Source: Lingula anatina
Taxonomy: Eukaryota; Animalia; Brachiopoda
Length of the DNA stretch: 64,000 bases
Direction: 5' to 3'
NCBI GenBank assembly: GCA_051362555.1
Contig: CM120648.1
Location: 19,650,587 to 19,714,586, forward strand
The first letter of the stretch is position 1; the number at the start of each line of letters is the position of its first letter. Made by a program: the position numbers and the translations under genes. Shown one piece after another: positions 61,471 to 64,000 of this stretch. The notes below the pieces were generated by a model that was given only the letters and a program-made list of their open reading frames with translations, was not told the origin of the DNA and did not search any database.

Positions 61471-62230
61471 CTATACGGTAACCACAGTACAGATGTTGCC
61501 CATATAGGTTAAGATCACTGGTTAGATAACCGTTTAGTCTCTTTCTCTGGCTACAACCAAACCATGCAACTAGACATTATCCCAGTGGCTGCAGCATGTC
61601 CTTACAGTACCATCATCCAAGTTCACTTCACACATAAAGAGACAACCAGTATCCCTACCCCTTTAAATAAAAAGTAAGGCCAAATGTACATATAGCTACC
61701 AGACAGAGATAACAGTCAACTAATCAAAATCCATTCAATCTCCAGGGTTTAGATTGTAATTCTATTTCGTTTCTATACAAATGAGGTCATACGAGATTCC
61801 CGTTTTATGCGAGAGCACATGCGCACTTGCGCATATCTTCACTTCCGGTTTCTTGTCGAGCGAGCACAGCACGTGAGGCCAGAGAGCGGCACAAAACTCA
61901 ATGAATACTATGGCTGATAAGGTCGGAAATAGACCAAAAGTTACAAAATGCCGCAGGGCCACAAAAATCTTCCGACGGGAAGTCAAAAGAAGTGGTGACG
62001 CATCACAATTTCTAACACGGAATCAAACATTGACGCAGAATAACGTTAATGAGAGAAATGAAAATGGCGTGTCAACGAGTACCGATAATGCCACGACTGT
62101 GGTGGGAAAATCAGTGCAGCATTAGAATAAATAACTGGCTCACTGAAGAATATGAAACGTAATATTTAGAAGCAAATGGAGGATTTTACAAAACAAAATC
62201 AGGTATGAATATCCTTCTCATGTTTATTAA

Positions 62231-62481
62231 GAAGAGTAAATGTCTGACGACACGTCTGTGTTTACTAGTAGTGAAGAGTAAATCTCTGACGACACGTCTG
62301 TGTTTACTAGTAGTGAAGAGCAAATCTCTGACGACACGTTAGTGTTTACAAGTAGTGAAGACCAAATCTCTGACGACACGTCTGTGTTTACTAGTAGTAG
62401 AAAATATCTGACGACACGTCCGTGTTTACTAGTAGTGAAGAGCAAATCTCTGATGACACATCAATATTTACTAGTAGTGAA
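62231..62481. repeat. 42-bp tandem repeat (about 6 units)
   Basis: TCTGACGACACGTCTGTGTTTACTAGTAGTGAAGAGCAAATC. Confidence 0.9.
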
Positions 62482-62779
62482 GTGCAGAATTCAGATTACT
62501 GGTTGATATGGCAGACGCTGCCCATGAAGTTGATACATGTAAGATAAATGATAATAATGAAAATAAATTAGAGGAATAATTTTACCAGGAAAATGATGAA
62601 AAATTGTCTCCTTCTAACTGTGATGGTTTGAAACCAATAATAATAAATGAGGGAAAAATGGCCTAGCATCTGTCGTGATGCTGAATCATAAGATTGAAGG
62701 TTTCACAGAGTGAACATTTAGTTAAAAGGGTGATTCCTCCTTGACACTTGAAATAAACAAAAAAGAAAGAAGTTCATAA

Positions 62780-64000
62780 AGAAAAGATTGATGTTTTTAT
62801 AACAAGAGATGACGCATCTATTAGAGACACAGCAAAAATATTAGAAAAATATCAATGTCAAGTTTGCACGAGTCTGTTATGGACAGTTGCATTATAGGAA
62901 CTAGAGAGAGGAAAAATTAAAGCATTAAAAGAAAATAAAGATGATTATGAAGCTGTAATGGATTTTACAGATAAAGGAAGTAGACCTAGAATGGCGGTCT
63001 AGAAATATTTTTATATGCAACATGTAAAATTAATCATGGCAATGCACAGATTGAAATTCAATCGAATGCTACTCCTTTAGCATGGTTAGATGAATGTAGA
63101 AATATGAGAATTGGTGGATTCTTTACTGAAGAATTTTATTCTGTCATGATAATTTTAATGCATTTGATTTGCTTGTTATAAAATGGCATTACATGCCTTA
63201 ATTCAAAATATCGAAGGAAAGATATGATAATACTACTGCAGTTGCATATATTACACGTGAGGTTTTGAAATCCTCATGATTAATTTGTGATGAAATAGTA
63301 TCACAAATAGAGGAAAAAAAAATCATTACATTGAAAATGATATATGGCTTACTGCTAATTATTTGCCTGGAATATAAAATGTAAAGGCATATAAGGAATC
63401 AAGAAATGTGAATATTACAACTGAATGGTCACTAAATATTATGTATTTAAAAAGTGACAGATATATTAGCTATGCCACATATAAATTTTATTAGATCAAG
63501 ATCAAATAGCAAATGAGGAATATTTGCTGCTTGGAAACCAGAACCTGGTACTGAATACAACAATGTTTTTGATATCTTAGGAGAATGTATTCCTCCTTTT
63601 CAGTCTGATGCTCAGGATAATCAAGAAGTTCTGGGAAAGATCAGGCAGATGCTTAAGTTGTGATACCTTTATGGTTGACGCAAGCATGGCTCAATTAATT
63701 TAAAGGAAATATTCACTAGAAGATATTCCTATTCTTTTACTGCCAGCAACAACAGTATTAACATCTTTTCTCACCAGAAAGGGGTGACACACCCAATAGG
63801 AGACTGTATGAAATTTTTGGCATGCAATGTATCACGAAAACTGTCAAGTCAGATAGAATTACAGAGAAAGCTATTGAAGTCATATTTAAAGCATGTAAAA
63901 TCATATTTAAAGCATGTGCAAAAAACCACTATTCAGTCTATATTAAAAAATGAAGAATGTTTTCAAATAAAGTGAAGGTCGTTTTGAGTATAGACCAACT
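62780..64000 (+). mobile_element. Decayed DIRS1-like tyrosine-recombinase retrotransposon (RT end, RNase H, MT-like domain)
   Basis: Frameshifted fragments GQLHYR, LERGKIKAL, DNTTAVAYI, IWLTANYLPG..N..A.KESR, TEWSL, WKPEP, PPF. Confidence 0.75.

Overview
AT-rich, intron-containing animal DNA. The repeat and gene repertoire suggests an invertebrate, probably a mollusc or other lophotrochozoan (inference). Three genes can be reconstructed from splice sites and reading frame. (1) The 3' half of a ClC-2-type chloride channel (+, to 17749), which here lacks the exons carrying the GxFxP pore motif and has a 1-nt frameshift in one exon. (2) An apparently intact six-exon 11-beta-HSD1-like short-chain dehydrogenase (-, 20653-24737). 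(3) A large ROCO GTPase gene (+, 30634 to beyond 51230) in which a single-exon NHL beta-propeller splices in phase onto Roc and COR domains. Introns are packed with mobile DNA: Helentron-type HINEs, Harbinger, hAT-like, EnSpm-like and Academ-like non-autonomous elements, a young 5'-truncated L1/Tx1 LINE and a decayed DIRS. The most striking pattern is that at least 11 exon-intron junctions of the ClC and HSD genes are tandemly duplicated (2 to about 45 copies). Each unit carries an exon end plus its splice site, creating arrays of decoy donors or acceptors.
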